Source: an uncultured Alphaproteobacteria bacterium (GTDB taxonomy: Bacteria; Pseudomonadota; Alphaproteobacteria; SMXQ01). From it: a stretch of 64,000 nucleotides of DNA. Location of the stretch: positions 482,678 to 546,677 of the forward strand of contig CAVTBD010000002.1 in NCBI GenBank assembly GCA_963732875.1. The letters run 5' to 3'. A model generated the notes under the pieces. The model searched no databases. It was given only the letters and a program-made list of their open reading frames with translations, and was not told the origin of the DNA. Positions 24,238 to 37,798 of the stretch are shown piece after piece. The position numbers and the translations under genes are program-made. The stretch's first letter is position 1, and every line of letters starts with the position of its first letter.

Positions 24238-24273
24238 GGCGGGATTCCGCTGTCGGGCGCGCGCTGGGCGAGG

Positions 24274-24639
24274 CTACTTGTCGTTGGCCGACTTCTGGTC
24301 CTCGGCCTCGTCGCCGTCGCCGCGCGCATAGAGGCTCGCCACCATGCTGCGCGAGCAGCGCACCCGCACGCCCTCGGCGATCTCGATCTGGAGCTCGTTC
24401 TCGCTCACCACCTTGGTGATCTGGCCGATGATGCCGCCCGAGGTGACGATGCGGTCGCCACGGCGCAGGTTGGTGATCATCTCGCGGTGCTCCTTGACCT
24501 TCTTCTGCTGGGGACGGATCAGCAGGAAGTAGAACACCACGAAAATCAGGATCAGGGGCACGATCTGCATGATGCCGGAACCGCCGAAAAGGCTGCTGAT
24601 ACCGCCGGCACTCTGGGCGTAGGCAGGTGAAATGAACAT
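24274..24639 (-). CDS. yajC: Preprotein translocase subunit YajC
   Basis: 121 aa from MFISPAYA inside the longer ORF; single TM then the conserved YajC domain (EMITNLRRGDRIVTSGGIIGQI). Confidence 0.9.
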   Translation of the reverse strand: MFISPAYAQSAGGISSLFGGSGIMQIVPLILIFVVFYFLLIRPQQKKVKEHREMITNLRRGDRIVTSGGIIGQITKVVSENELQIEIAEGVRVRCSRSMVASLYARGDGDEAEDQKSANDK

Positions 24640-24811
24640 GCGGAAAGTCTCCCCTGTTGGTTGGCGGACGCACCCGGCGCCGAAGTTAGGCGGAATATAG
24701 CCATCCCGGCCCCGGTTGCAAACCAATCCTGCCCGGATTCTTTCGCCGTTAAGTCCTTGATTAGCCGAAAAAGCCGGGCCATCCTGCCGGCCCCGGGCCA
24801 ACTGCGACGAC

Positions 24812-25693
24812 GTGTTTTCGATGAGCGACAAGGAACTCAGGGACCTGCTGACCCGCATCGCCGACGCCCTCGATCGGGTATCGGGGCCGCGCACCCCCGC
24901 GGCCGGACTCAAGGGCGCCGACGCCTTCGTGTGGGACGCCGAACAGGGCCACCTGCAGCCGGTCGAACGGGTCAACCGGGTCGACCTCGCGCTGCTGCAG
25001 GGTATCGACCAGCAACGCGACATCCTGCTCGACAACACGCTCCGTTTCGCCCGGGGCCTGCCCGCCAACAACGCGCTCCTGTGGGGCGCGCGCGGCATGG
25101 GCAAGTCGTCGCTGGTGAAGGCGGTCCACGCCGCAGTCAACGACAGGCTCGGCCTCAAGAGCGAGGGCAAGCGCCTCGCCCTGGTCGAGATCCACCGCGA
25201 GGACATCACCGGCCTGCCCGCCCTGCTCGCCGCGCTGCGCCGCGAGACACGCCCGGTGGTGGTGTTTTGCGACGACCTCTCGTTCGACGGACAGGACGCC
25301 ACCTTCAAGTCGCTCAAGGCGCTGCTGGAGGGCGGCCTCGAGGGCCGGCCCGACAACGTGGTCTTCTACGCCACCTCGAACCGGCGCCACCTGATGCCGC
25401 GCGACATGATCGAGAACGAGCGCTCCACCGCGATCAACCCGGCCGAGGCGGTCGAGGAGAAGGTGTCGCTGTCGGACCGGTTCGGCCTGTGGCTCGGCTT
25501 CCACGTGTGCGATCAGGAAACTTATTTCGCAATTATAGAGGCTTATGCCAAGAAGTTCAGGCTTAAGATCAAGCGTGACGCCCTGCTCCACGGCGCCAAC
25601 GAATGGTCGGTGACGCGCGGCGCGCGTTCCGGCCGCGTCGCCTGGCAGTACATTCAGGACGTCGCCGGCCGGCTCGGCCAGAAGCTCACCTAG
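24812..25693 (+). CDS. P-loop ATPase of the DUF815/AAA-like family
   Basis: Walker A GARGMGKSSLVKA; Walker B-like VVVFCDDLSFD. Confidence 0.6.
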   Translation: MFSMSDKELRDLLTRIADALDRVSGPRTPAAGLKGADAFVWDAEQGHLQPVERVNRVDLALLQGIDQQRDILLDNTLRFARGLPANNALLWGARGMGKSSLVKAVHAAVNDRLGLKSEGKRLALVEIHREDITGLPALLAALRRETRPVVVFCDDLSFDGQDATFKSLKALLEGGLEGRPDNVVFYATSNRRHLMPRDMIENERSTAINPAEAVEEKVSLSDRFGLWLGFHVCDQETYFAIIEAYAKKFRLKIKRDALLHGANEWSVTRGARSGRVAWQYIQDVAGRLGQKLT

Positions 25694-25696
25694 TCA

Positions 25697-26929
25697 TCAT
25701 CCGAGATAGCCGCGCGGATCGACCGCCTTGCGGCCGCGGCGCAGCTCGAAATGGAGCTGCGGCGTCGATACCGCGCCCGATTCGCCTACCTTTGCGATGG
25801 GCTGGCCGCGCTTGACCACCTGCCCCGGGCGCACCATCAGCGCGCCGTTGTGGGCGTAGGCCGTGATCCAGCCCCCCGAATGGCGCACCAGCAGGAGGTT
25901 GCCGTAGCCGCGCAGCTCGTTACCGGCATAGGCGACCACGCCGTTCTCGGCGGCGCGCACGATGGTGCCCGGCTTGGCGGCGATGTTGATGCCGTCGTTG
26001 TAGAGCCCGCCGCCCTTGGCGCCGAACCCGGACACCACCTTGCCCCGGAGCGGCCATTCGAACTTGCGGCCCGCACGCGGCGGCGGCTTGGCGTTGGGAT
26101 CGCCGACCGGGCGCGTGCTGGGTGACGGCGGCGGTATCAGCACCGCCTCGCGCGTCGCCGCGGGCGGCACGGTATTCCCGGCATGGGCGGTCTGGGCGGG
26201 GGCGGTCCGAATGGGCGCCGTATGGTGCGCGTGGGCGGTGCCGTCCGGCAACGGCAGCACCAGGCGCTGGCCGGTATAGAGCCCGTAGTCGGGCGCCTTG
26301 AGGTCGTTCTGCTGGATGATGTCGCGGATGCCGAGATCGAACCGGCGCGAGACGCCGTAGACCGTGTCGCCCCCCGCCACCACGTAGACCCTGACGCCCG
26401 GCACGCGCAGCCGCTGGCCGCGGCGCAGCGGATAGGGCGGCTTGAGCCCGTTGGCGTCGATCAGGGCGCGGACGGGGACTTTCTCGCGGCGCGAGACCGC
26501 GAACAGGGTGTCGCCTGCCTGGACGGTGACGGTCCCGCCCCCGCTCCCGGTGACGGTCCCGCTCGCGCCGGAAGGCGACGGCGCACCACCGGCGGGCCGC
26601 GTCACCTCGTCGTCGCCGGGCGCGGCGGCCCTGGCGACCGGCTTATTGACCGGCTTGTTGGTTTGTTGAGGCGCCGCCAGCGTCTGAGTTTGCACCGGCT
26701 CGGGACGCGGCGGCGGCTTTACCGCGGGCAGGCGCGAAGCCGACACCGAGGTGCGTGGCGCGGGCGTCACCGGCGGTGTCGCCCTGGCGGGCGAGGTGTA
26801 GTAGATGCCCGAACGGTCCACCACCGGCGCGGGCGGTCCCTGGCGGGCGCAGGCGGTAAGTGCGACCGCGATCATCGGCACCGCGAGGCGGATGTGCCGG
26901 GCGTGCCGGATGGAATCCGCACGTGACAT
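25697..26929 (-). CDS. LysM-domain M23 metallopeptidase lipoprotein (NlpD/LppB-like)
   Basis: Lipobox LTAC; two LysM repeats (VQAGDTLFAVSRR..., YVVAGGDTVYGVSRR...); C-terminal M23 domain; Pro-rich linker. Confidence 0.85.
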   Translation of the reverse strand: MSRADSIRHARHIRLAVPMIAVALTACARQGPPAPVVDRSGIYYTSPARATPPVTPAPRTSVSASRLPAVKPPPRPEPVQTQTLAAPQQTNKPVNKPVARAAAPGDDEVTRPAGGAPSPSGASGTVTGSGGGTVTVQAGDTLFAVSRREKVPVRALIDANGLKPPYPLRRGQRLRVPGVRVYVVAGGDTVYGVSRRFDLGIRDIIQQNDLKAPDYGLYTGQRLVLPLPDGTAHAHHTAPIRTAPAQTAHAGNTVPPAATREAVLIPPPSPSTRPVGDPNAKPPPRAGRKFEWPLRGKVVSGFGAKGGGLYNDGINIAAKPGTIVRAAENGVVAYAGNELRGYGNLLLVRHSGGWITAYAHNGALMVRPGQVVKRGQPIAKVGESGAVSTPQLHFELRRGRKAVDPRGYLG

Positions 26930-26981
26930 GACGCGGACAATACGGGAATCGGAAGATTCCCTCAATGTTGCTGCACTTGCG

Positions 26982-27646
26982 TCACGCCGCGCCGTTGCCG
27001 CTCTCCGTCCTGTCGGCACGCCCGCCGATCAGCGGCACGAACCGCACCGGCCACAGTTTCTCCTTGTCCAGGGTACCGTCCTCGCGTTTGCGGCAGCGCC
27101 AGATGTGCTGGTCCGACGGTCCCGTGCCGAGCGGCATCACCAGCACGCCGCCGGGCGCGAGCTGCTCGATGAACGGCGCCGGCACCTCGCCGCGCGCCGC
27201 GGCGGTAACGATGATGCGGTCGAACGGCGCCTGCTCGGGCCAGCCCTTCATGCCGTCGCCGGCGATCGCCGTGATATTGGTGTAGCCGAGCCGCTCCAAC
27301 CGCTTGACCGCCTCGGCCAGAAGCCGTTTGTGGCGCTCGATGGAATAGACCCGGCGGCACAGCCGCGACAGCACGGCCGCCTGGTAGCCGCAGCCGGTGC
27401 CGATCTCCAGCACCTTGAGACGCGGGCCGAGCTCGAGCGCCTGGGTCATCAGGCCGACGATCAGCGGCTGGCTGATGGTCTGGCCCTCGCCGATCGGCAG
27501 CGCCGTGTTCTCGTAGGCGCGGTCGCGGAACTGGGCCGGCACGAATTCCTCGCGCGGCGTGCGCTCGATGGCGCCGAGCACCGCCGCATCGGTCACGCCC
27601 TCGCCGCGCAACTCCATGATCAGGCGGATCTGGCGCGGCTCGGTGT

Positions 27647-27650
<4 letters not shown>
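26982..27650 (-). CDS. pcm: Protein-L-isoaspartate O-methyltransferase
   Basis: VLEIGTGCGYQAAVLSRL SAM motif; 222 aa if the GTG start overlapping the surE stop is used, or ATG at 27617. Confidence 0.9.
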
Positions 27651-29882
<2,232 letters not shown>

Positions 29883-29978
29883 GGCGGCTCACCGGGCGAA
29901 AGCGCGCTCACCATAGGGAATTGGTCCGGCGCCGTCCACAGCGAAGCGCGCCCGCCTCACGCACACATCTTCAAACTT

Positions 29979-30050
29979 GTCATGCCCCGGCTCGTCCGGG
30001 GCATCCACGCCGCGGCACGAAGATCGCCCGGATAAATCGGGCGATGACGA
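29979..30050. repeat. REP-like double-hairpin element
   Basis: GTCATGCCCCGGCTCGTCCGGGGCATC hairpin, spacer, then GATCGCCCGGATAAATCGGGCGATGAC hairpin; lies between serS and tatC. Confidence 0.7.
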
Positions 30051-30056
30051 ACATGA

Positions 30057-30911
30057 TCAGACCTCGCCCGCGTCGTGCTCCGCCTGCCGCTCGCGTTCGG
30101 CGCGCTGCTTCTCGACCATCCACACCGACAGGATCGAGATCTCGTAGAGCGCGAGGATCGGGATGGCGAGCCCGACCTGGCTGAAGATGTCGGGCGGCGT
30201 CAGGATTGCCGCGACGATGAAGGTGACGACGATGGCGTACTTGCGCTTCGCCCTGAGCGTCGCCGCGGTGACGATCCCGGCCCGGCCCATCAGGGTGAGC
30301 GCCACCGGCAGCTGGAAGCACAGGCCGAAGGCGAAGATCAGCTTCATCACGAGGTCGAGGTACTCGCCGACGCGCGGCATGAGCTCGATGGGCAGCCCGC
30401 CGGGCCCGCCCGGCGTCTGGAACGACAGGAAGAACTTCCACGCGAGCGGGAACACGAAATAGTAGGCGAGCGCGCCGCCGAGGAAGAACAGCACCGGCGT
30501 CGCGACCAGGAACGGCAGGAAGGCGCGCTTCTCGCTCTTGTAGAGGCCGGGCGCGATGAACATCCAGATCTGCGAGGCGATCATCGGGAACGACACGAAC
30601 GCCGCCGCCCAGAACGATACCTTGACGTAGGTGAAGAAGGTCTCGGTGAGCCCGGTGTAGATCAGGCGGTGGTCCTCGCCGTGGTAGATGTCGGCCAGCG
30701 GCTGCACCAGGAACTGGAAGATGTGCTGGGCGAAGTAGTAGCACACCACGAAGGCGATCAGCAGCGTCGCCACCGAATAGACCAGCCGGTTGCGCAGCTC
30801 GATCAGGTGCTCCATCAGCGGCATGCGCGCGTCGCTGAGCCCGTCGTCGTGGATGTCGGGCCCGTTGTCGTCGTCGAACGGATCGTGCCCGGGAGCCTGC
30901 TTGTCGGTCAC
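30057..30911 (-). CDS. tatC: Sec-independent protein translocase TatC
   Basis: 284 aa, 6 TM, conserved TatC N-terminus ([14 protein letters not shown]). Confidence 0.93.
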   Translation of the reverse strand: MTDKQAPGHDPFDDDNGPDIHDDGLSDARMPLMEHLIELRNRLVYSVATLLIAFVVCYYFAQHIFQFLVQPLADIYHGEDHRLIYTGLTETFFTYVKVSFWAAAFVSFPMIASQIWMFIAPGLYKSEKRAFLPFLVATPVLFFLGGALAYYFVFPLAWKFFLSFQTPGGPGGLPIELMPRVGEYLDLVMKLIFAFGLCFQLPVALTLMGRAGIVTAATLRAKRKYAIVVTFIVAAILTPPDIFSQVGLAIPILALYEISILSVWMVEKQRAERERQAEHDAGEV

Positions 30912-30929
30912 GGCACGCCGTCCTTCGGC

Positions 30930-31373
30930 CTATCGACAGGCGGCTTGTCGGCGGGCGGCGTCTCGGCCGCACGCTTCGAACTCGGGCTCGGGCCTGTCAG
31001 CGAGCGGCACCTCGGGCGCGGTCTCGGCCGCGTCCTCTTCCCGTGCTGCGGCAGCCGCCTTCTCGCGTTCGGCGCGCGCGCCCGGCGGCTCGATGGTCAT
31101 GCCCTCGCGTAGCTCGCCGGTCGGGTCGATCGCCTTGTCGACTTCCTCGCCAATGTCGATCCGGCTCGCCTTCTCCAGCTCCTTGCGCGCGTCCTCGACG
31201 CCGCTCTCCTCGACCATCTGCTCGAGACTCTGCTGGAAGTGGCGGGCCACCGCCCGCACCCGGCCGATCCACTGGCCGGCGGTGCGCATCACCCGCGGCA
31301 GGTCCTTGGGTCCGATGACGATGATCATCACGACGATGATCATCAGCATTTCGGACCAGCCGATGTCGAACAT
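30930..31373 (-). CDS. tatB: Sec-independent protein translocase TatB
   Basis: MFDIGWSEMLMIIVVMIIVIGPKDLPRVMRTAGQWIGRVR N-terminal TM plus amphipathic helix; acidic tail. Confidence 0.9.
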   Translation of the reverse strand: MFDIGWSEMLMIIVVMIIVIGPKDLPRVMRTAGQWIGRVRAVARHFQQSLEQMVEESGVEDARKELEKASRIDIGEEVDKAIDPTGELREGMTIEPPGARAEREKAAAAAREEDAAETAPEVPLADRPEPEFEACGRDAARRQAACR

Positions 31374-31427
31374 GACGCTTACCTGGTCTGGCCTGGGAGG
31401 CGGTTGCGGCGCCCGTCCGCGCCGGCC

Positions 31428-31631
31428 TCAACCGTTCTTGTGGTTTTGGTCCGACGAGCCGTCGATGGTCTTCTTGTCGGCGGGATCGTCCTTGTCCGGC
31501 TCGGCCATGCCCGCCTTGAAGCTCTTGATGCCCTTGGCGACGTCGCCCATCACGCGCGGCAGCTTGCCGGCGCCGAAAACGATGAGGACGATCACCAGGA
31601 TCAGGATGACCTGCCAAATGCCGATGCTCAT
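31428..31631 (-). CDS. tatA: Sec-independent protein translocase TatA
   Basis: 67 aa from [25 protein letters not shown] inside the longer ORF. Confidence 0.9.
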   Translation of the reverse strand: MSIGIWQVILILVIVLIVFGAGKLPRVMGDVAKGIKSFKAGMAEPDKDDPADKKTIDGSSDQNHKNG

Positions 31632-31764
31632 GATTTCGGGTCCTCGGAATTGGTGAGATGCACCCACGGGGCTCGGTGCGCCGGGATAATGGCACAAACC
31701 GGACGCGGGGAGCAATGCGGCCCCGGCGGCCGCGGAAATCCTCGATTGCGGACGCGACGGGCAG

Positions 31765-32631
31765 CTAGCCGCGCGGCGTCTCGGGATCGTCGTCATCGGA
31801 TTCCGTGCCTTCTCCAGCATCTTGTTCTTGTTCGAAGTCCAACTCCCGTTCGAGCTCCGGCTCGGGCGCGTCCTCGTCCGGCAGATCCATGTCGAGCAGT
31901 TCGTCGTCCTCCTCGAGCGGCTCGTCGTCCTCGGAGTCGTCCTGCAGGTCGGTGATCTGGATCGCCGGGCGCTTGTCGAGCAGGCCCGCCGCGCGCAGGT
32001 CGTCGAGCCCGGGCAGGTCGCCGATCGCCGCGAGGCTGAACGTGGTGAGGAAGCCCTGGGTGGTGCCCCAGGTGACCGGGCGCCCCGCCGTGCGGCGCCG
32101 CCCCTTGGGACCGACCCAGCCCGCCTCCATGAGCGCGTCGAGCGTGCCCTTGCTCAGGCCGACGCCCCTGATCTCCTCGATCTCGGCGCGGGTGACCGGC
32201 TGGTGGTAGGCGACGATGGCAAGCGTCTCCATGGCCGCGCGCGACAGCCGCCGCGGCACGGTCATGTGAACGCGCAGCTCCTCGGACAAGTCCCCGGCGG
32301 TGCGGAAGAACCAGCGCCCGCCCGCCATGGTGAGTGTCACGCCACGGTTGGCGTAGATTTCCGCGAGCGCCGCCAGAAGCGCCGCCACCGGCGCGCCGTC
32401 GGGCAGGCGCTCGGCGATGGTCGCCTCGCTCAGGGGCTCGGTCGCGGAAAACAGCACTGCTTCCAGCAGGCGCAGGTGGTGCGGGTCGATCTCGACCGGC
32501 TCGGCGTCGGCGGCCTCAGTGGTCTCGGGCGCCTCGGGCACAGCTTCCCCTGCGGTCTCCTCTGCCGGGCCGTCGGCCTCGTCGCCGGCGGTTTCCGGCT
32601 CGTGTTCCTGCGGCTGTTCGATGTCGTTCAT
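31765..32631 (-). CDS. scpB: Segregation and condensation protein B
   Basis: Winged-helix ScpB core ([20 protein letters not shown]...) with acidic N- and C-terminal tails. Confidence 0.9.
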   Translation of the reverse strand: MNDIEQPQEHEPETAGDEADGPAEETAGEAVPEAPETTEAADAEPVEIDPHHLRLLEAVLFSATEPLSEATIAERLPDGAPVAALLAALAEIYANRGVTLTMAGGRWFFRTAGDLSEELRVHMTVPRRLSRAAMETLAIVAYHQPVTRAEIEEIRGVGLSKGTLDALMEAGWVGPKGRRRTAGRPVTWGTTQGFLTTFSLAAIGDLPGLDDLRAAGLLDKRPAIQITDLQDDSEDDEPLEEDDELLDMDLPDEDAPEPELERELDFEQEQDAGEGTESDDDDPETPRG

Positions 32632-32635
32632 AACT

Positions 32636-33442
32636 CTACTGTTCGCTCCTGCGCGGACGCACGTAAATGGGACGGAAGGCGCCTTCCTGACGGACCTCGG
32701 CCTGGCCCTGGCGCACCAGCTCCAGGGTGGCGACGAAGGTCGAGGCCAGCGCCGAACGCTTGACGATGCCGCCCTTGAGGCCTTCCGGCAGGAAGGTCAC
32801 GAGGCTCTGCCAGTCGGGGATCGCGCCGAGCAGCCGACGCAGGCGCTCGACCGCCTGCTCCACCGAATAGAGCTCCTGGGCGGCGATGTGCAGGGTGGTA
32901 TCGGTGCCGCGCGACTGGATCTGGCCGTAGGCCTTGAGCAGCTCGTAGAGGCTCGGCTCGAACACCGCCTCGGTGATCACCTCGACCCCTTCGGGCGCGC
33001 CGCGCAGGAAGGTGTCGCGGCCGAGCAGCGGACGCGCGAACAGGCGCTGGCTGGCCTCCTGCATGGATTCCAGGCGGCGCAGCTGGAACGCCAGCGCCTC
33101 GGCCATCTGGGCGCCGGACGGCTGCTCCTCGTTGTCCTCGTCGTCAGGCAGCAGCAGGCGCGACTTGAGATAGGCGAGCCAGGCCGCCATCACGAGGTAG
33201 TCGGCGGCGAGCTCGAGGCTCACGCGCTGGGCCGCGGCGATGAACACCAGGTACTGCTCGGCCAGCGCGAGGATGGAAATGCGGGTGAGATCGACCTTCT
33301 GGTCGCGGGCAAGCGTCAGCAGCAGGTCGATCGGGCCCTCGAAGCCCTCGAGATCGAGCAGAAGTTGGCCTTCGATCCCGGCAATGGCCGCGGGCTCGGT
33401 GCCGTCCGAATAGCCGTCCTGGGGGCCGTCGAAGTCGCTCAT
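32636..33442 (-). CDS. scpA: Segregation and condensation protein A
   Basis: 268 aa kleisin; FEGPIDLLLTLARDQKVDLTRISILALAEQYL. Confidence 0.9.
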   Translation of the reverse strand: MSDFDGPQDGYSDGTEPAAIAGIEGQLLLDLEGFEGPIDLLLTLARDQKVDLTRISILALAEQYLVFIAAAQRVSLELAADYLVMAAWLAYLKSRLLLPDDEDNEEQPSGAQMAEALAFQLRRLESMQEASQRLFARPLLGRDTFLRGAPEGVEVITEAVFEPSLYELLKAYGQIQSRGTDTTLHIAAQELYSVEQAVERLRRLLGAIPDWQSLVTFLPEGLKGGIVKRSALASTFVATLELVRQGQAEVRQEGAFRPIYVRPRRSEQ

Positions 33443-33452
33443 GACAGGTAGT

Positions 33453-34145
33453 TTACCCGTGTCCGGTAAGGGTGGCGATCAGTTCGATCAGATAACTTGC
33501 GGGGATGCCCACCAGCCAGCGAAAAATGTCGAGGTTCAGGCCGATCTGGGCGCCGAGGAGCGGCAATAGGAACAGCGCCGCGATCAGGATTGCAAGCCCG
33601 AACCGCTCGAGCCTGGCGAGCGGCAGCGCAAGCGCGTCCGGCAGCAGCCCGACCGCCACCCGGCCACCGTCCAGCGGCGGCAGAGGTATCATGTTAAAAA
33701 CTGCGAGCACGACATTGATAATAAGGGAATTCTTCAGGTTCTCGAAGAGCCATGGCGCGGCCCAGGACGGGGTCAGCACGGCGAGGTGCAGCAGCAGCGC
33801 GGAGAGGGTGGCGAGGACGAGGTTCATGGCCGGCCCGGCGGCCGCCACCCACACCATGTCACGGCGCGGGCGGTTGAGGCGCGAGAAGTCCACCGGCACC
33901 GGCTTGGCGTAGCCGAACATGAACGGCGAGTGCGCCAGCAGCAGCAGCGCCGGCAGGATCAGGGTGCCGAACGGATCGACGTGGCGCAGCGGGTTGAGGC
34001 TAAGCCTTCCCGCCCGGCGCGCGGTGTCGTCGCCGAACCGCAGCGCGGCGTAGCCGTGGGCCGCCTCGTGCAGGGTGATGGCAAGGATCACCGGGATCAC
34101 CCACACCGAGGCGGTGACCAGGATCCCGGAAAAGTTGGACATCAT
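33453..34145 (-). CDS. Site-2 protease family (M50) zinc metalloprotease
   Basis: HEAAHG zinc motif in a TM helix; start at MMSNFSG inside the longer ORF. Confidence 0.8.
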   Translation of the reverse strand: MMSNFSGILVTASVWVIPVILAITLHEAAHGYAALRFGDDTARRAGRLSLNPLRHVDPFGTLILPALLLLAHSPFMFGYAKPVPVDFSRLNRPRRDMVWVAAAGPAMNLVLATLSALLLHLAVLTPSWAAPWLFENLKNSLIINVVLAVFNMIPLPPLDGGRVAVGLLPDALALPLARLERFGLAILIAALFLLPLLGAQIGLNLDIFRWLVGIPASYLIELIATLTGHG

Positions 34146-35179
34146 CGGGCCTCTCCCGCGACGGGTGAAATCAGGGTATCGAGCTCGGCCAGCGCCGCGC
34201 CCGCGTCGAAATCGGGCGCCGCGGCGAGCGCACCCAGCGAGCGCGCGAGGCGGTCCGCCGTGGCCGGGCCGACGGCGCCGGTCGCCTCCGCGATCGCGGC
34301 CATCTCCGCCATGTTGCCGTTGCAATGGAGCGCGAGGTCGCAGCCGGCGGCGAGCGCGCCCCGGGCGCGGGCGCCGAAATCCCCCGCGAGCGCGCCCATG
34401 GAAAGATCGTCGGAGATAATCACGCCGTCGAAGCCGATCTCGCCCCGCACCACATCGACGATCACGGTCGGCGACAGCGTCGCCGGAGCGTCCGCGTCAT
34501 AGGCCTCAAAGACCACGTGGGCGGTCATGGCCCAGGGTTCCGGCGCGCGCCGCCCGGCGAGCGCGCGGAACGGTGCGAAGTCGCGCGAGGCAAGCTCGGC
34601 CTTGCTGGCCGCCACCCGGGGCAGGCCCTTGTGGCTGTCGATGCCGGCGCGGCCGTGACCCGGCACGTGCTTGAGCACCGGCAGCACGCCCGCCGCCAGC
34701 AGACCATCGCAAAAGGCGGCGCCGAGGGTCGCCACCGGCTCCGGGTCGGGGGCGAAGGCGCGGTCGCCGATGATGGGGTCGGCGCCTTCCACCGGCACGT
34801 CGAGCACCGGCGCGCAATCGACCGTGATGCCGAGCGCGGCGAGCTCGGCGCCGATCAACTGCGCGTTGAGCGCGACGGCGCGGCGCGCGGCCTCGCGGTT
34901 GGTGCGGGCGAGCCGGCCGAACAGGGCGGCGGGCGACGCGGCGCGCCAGTGGGGCGGCACGAGGCGCGCCACCCTGCCCCCTTCCTGGTCGATCAGCACG
35001 GGCGCGTCGGCGCGGCCGACGATGGCGCGCAACTCTGCCACCAGCGCCGCGACCTGGGCGGGCGTCTCCACATTACGTGCGAACAGGATGAAGCCGAGCG
35101 GATCGGCGTCGCGGAAAAAGCGCCGCTCGTCGTCGCCGGGCGTCTTGCCCGCGACACCCAGGATCAGAGCCCTGGGCAC
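34142..35179 (-). CDS. nagZ: Beta-N-acetylhexosaminidase (GH3)
   Basis: LKHVPGHGRAGIDSHKGLP and ISDDLSMGA motifs of NagZ; 345 aa. Confidence 0.88.
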   Translation of the reverse strand: MPRALILGVAGKTPGDDERRFFRDADPLGFILFARNVETPAQVAALVAELRAIVGRADAPVLIDQEGGRVARLVPPHWRAASPAALFGRLARTNREAARRAVALNAQLIGAELAALGITVDCAPVLDVPVEGADPIIGDRAFAPDPEPVATLGAAFCDGLLAAGVLPVLKHVPGHGRAGIDSHKGLPRVAASKAELASRDFAPFRALAGRRAPEPWAMTAHVVFEAYDADAPATLSPTVIVDVVRGEIGFDGVIISDDLSMGALAGDFGARARGALAAGCDLALHCNGNMAEMAAIAEATGAVGPATADRLARSLGALAAAPDFDAGAALAELDTLISPVAGEAR

Positions 35180-35183
35180 CGGC

Positions 35184-36038
35184 TCAGGACTTGACGGGGA
35201 TGCAGCCGACCTTGCGCACCTTGAGCTTGCTGCACAGGGCGCCGGCGGCGGCGCGGTCGGCGAAGGCGCCGGCGCGCATGCGGAAGTAGACCCCCTTCTT
35301 GCCGAGGTCGACGCGCACCACCTCCGACGGCACGCTGCCGAGCACGTCGCTGTTGGCCTTGAGGATGCGCGCGAGCGCGGCCTTGGCGCGGGCCTGGTCC
35401 TTGGACGCGCCGAGCTGCACGCGCCAGCTGCCAGCCACCGCGGCGGTCTGCTTCGCGGCGGGCTTAGATGCCGGCGACGCCTTGGCCTCCTGCTTGGGCA
35501 TGGTCGGCGGCGTCACCGGGACCTTGGCGACCTCGGCTGCCGGGGCCTGGGTCGCCGCCTGGTCCGCCGGGCGCGACTGGATCGCGGGGGCCGGCGGCAC
35601 CGCCGGTCCCTTGGGCGGGGCGGGTTCGGCCTCGGCCTTGGGCCGCGCCACCGGGGTCTCTGCCGGCGGCAGCAGCTGCTCGACCTTCTGGGGCTGGCCG
35701 TTCGAGTTGAGCTGGTTGAACACCTGCATGTCGCGGTTGGGGACGGCGAGTCCACCGGGCTCGGCCGGGCGCTCCTTGATCGGCTGCTTGTCGGCGCTGA
35801 TCACCGGCACCACCGCGCCGGGATCGCGATGGCCCTGGCTGGTAGCGTACCAGGCGATGCCGCCGAAGCCGGCGAGCGCGGCCAGCGCCACCACGCCCCC
35901 CAGCACGCGGCGTCGGAACACGCGGCGCGGGTCCGGGCCGGGCCGGTCGTAGGGATCGACGTCGAACGCGCGCTCCTCGCCCTCGTCGAAGCGCGGCTCG
36001 AAACGCGGCCCGTTCTGGCCCTGATCGGAAGTCATCAA
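35184..36038 (-). CDS. SPOR-domain cell-division protein
   Basis: TM anchor, Pro/Ala-rich linker, C-terminal SPOR domain ([21 protein letters not shown]...YFRMRAGAF). Confidence 0.8.
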   Translation of the reverse strand: MMTSDQGQNGPRFEPRFDEGEERAFDVDPYDRPGPDPRRVFRRRVLGGVVALAALAGFGGIAWYATSQGHRDPGAVVPVISADKQPIKERPAEPGGLAVPNRDMQVFNQLNSNGQPQKVEQLLPPAETPVARPKAEAEPAPPKGPAVPPAPAIQSRPADQAATQAPAAEVAKVPVTPPTMPKQEAKASPASKPAAKQTAAVAGSWRVQLGASKDQARAKAALARILKANSDVLGSVPSEVVRVDLGKKGVYFRMRAGAFADRAAAGALCSKLKVRKVGCIPVKS

Positions 36039-37788
36039 CGCATCTCCTCAACCGGTTGGACGCCGAGCACGCCGAGGCCCGACGCAATCACCGCCTGCAC
36101 GGCCCGCACCAGCGCGAGACGGTCGCGCGCCTTGGTCTCGTCGTCCACCAGGAAGCGGGCATCGGCGTCGGCATTGCCCTTGTTCCAGAGCCCGTGGAAG
36201 GCGGCGGCGACATCCTGCAGGTAGTAGGCGACGCGGTGGGGCTCATGGGCTTCGGCGGCGCTTTCGACGATTCGCGGCCAAGCCGCCATCAGCCGGATCA
36301 AATCAATCTCTTCGCCCGCGGTCAAGCTGTCGAGCGGCGCGGCCAGCAGGCTCGCGGTATCGGTGGCGACGCCGGGCAGATCGTTGGCCGCGTTGCGGAA
36401 CACCGAGCACGCCCGGGCATGGGCGTACTGGACGTAGAACACCGGATTGTCGCGGGTCTGCTCCAGCACCTTCTGCAGGTCGAACTCGAGCGCGGCATCG
36501 TTGGAGCGCGTCAGCATGATGAAGCGCACGACGTCCTTGCCGACCTCGTCCACCACCTCGTTGAGGGTGACGAAGGTGCCGGCGCGCTTGGACATCTTGA
36601 CCGGCTCGCCGCCGTCGAGCAGCGAAACGAGCTGGCACAGCTTGACGTCCAGCGTCGCCTTGCCGCCGGTCAGCGCCTTGACCGCCGCCTGCGACGCGCT
36701 TGACGTAGCCGCCGTGGTCGGCGCCCCACACGTCGATCAGGATGTTGAAGCCGCGCTCGTATCTTGTCGAGGTGATAGGCGATATCGGAGGCGAAATAGG
36801 TCCACGAGCCGTCCGACTTGCGCAACGGCCGGTCCACGTCGTCGCCGAACTCGGTCGACCTGAACAGGGTCTGCGGGCGCGGCTCCCAGTCTTCGGGCTT
36901 CTTGCCCTTGGGCGGCTCGAGCGTGCCGGTGTAGATCAGCCCGGCCTCATCGAGCCGCTTGAACGCCTCGTCCACCCGCCCCGCCTCGACCAGTGCGCGT
37001 TCGGAGGAGAAGACATCGTGGGCGACGCCGAGCTGCTTCAGATCGCTGCGGATCATCTCCATCATGGCGCCGATGGCGAACGCACGCACCGGGGCGAGCC
37101 AGGTCTCCTCGGGCGCGCCGAGCCAGAGCGCGCCGTCGCGCTTCGCCAGCGCGTGGCCGACCGCTTTAAGATAATCGCCGGGATAGAGCCCTTCCGGGAT
37201 CGCGCCGATGTCCTCGCCCAGTGCCTCGCGGTAGCGCAGATGGGCCGAGCGTGCCAGCACGTCTACCTGGGCGCCGGCGTCGTTGACGTAATATTCGCGC
37301 GTCACTGCGAAGCCGGCCTTGGCCAGCAGCGACGCCAGCACGTCGCCGACCACCGCGCCGCGGGCATGGCCGACGTGCATCGGCCCGGTCGGGTTGGCCG
37401 AGACATATTCTACGTTGATGCGCCGCCCGGCGCCGATGTCCGAGTTGCCGTAGGCGGCGCCGGCTTCGAGGATGTCGCGCAGGCGGCCGATCCAGAACGG
37501 GCGCGCGAGCGTCATGTTGATGAAGCCGGGGCCCGCCACCACCACCTTCTCCACCGCGTGGTGGGCGCCGAGCCGGTCGGCGAGAAGCTGGGCGAGGTCG
37601 CGCGGCTTCATGCCGGCGTCCTTGGACAGCACCAGGGCGGCATTGGTGGTGACATCACCGTAGGCCGCCTCGCGCGGCGGCTCGCAGGTGAAGCGTGCGG
37701 CTTCGAGCCCGGCCGGGACCAGGCCCTCGCCCGCCAGGTCCTCGATCACTTTGGCAATCTCGGCGTGGAAATCTCTGAAAAGATTCAT
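36035..37788 (-). CDS. argS: Arginyl-tRNA synthetase with two apparent 1-nt frameshifts
   Basis: N-terminal part through DIAYHLDK, then [23 protein letters not shown] in frame +1, then [40 protein letters not shown]... in the third frame; junctions near 36757 (extra A after AAG) and 36690 (GGCGGCGG run). Confidence 0.85.
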
Positions 37789-37798
37789 ACTTTCTGTC

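Noticed and set aside
29979-30050. Small ORFs inside REP elements (e.g. MPRLVRGIHAAARRSPG)
   Set aside because: The translation comes from a palindromic repeat. The same element recurs intergenically in both orientations, so it is non-coding.
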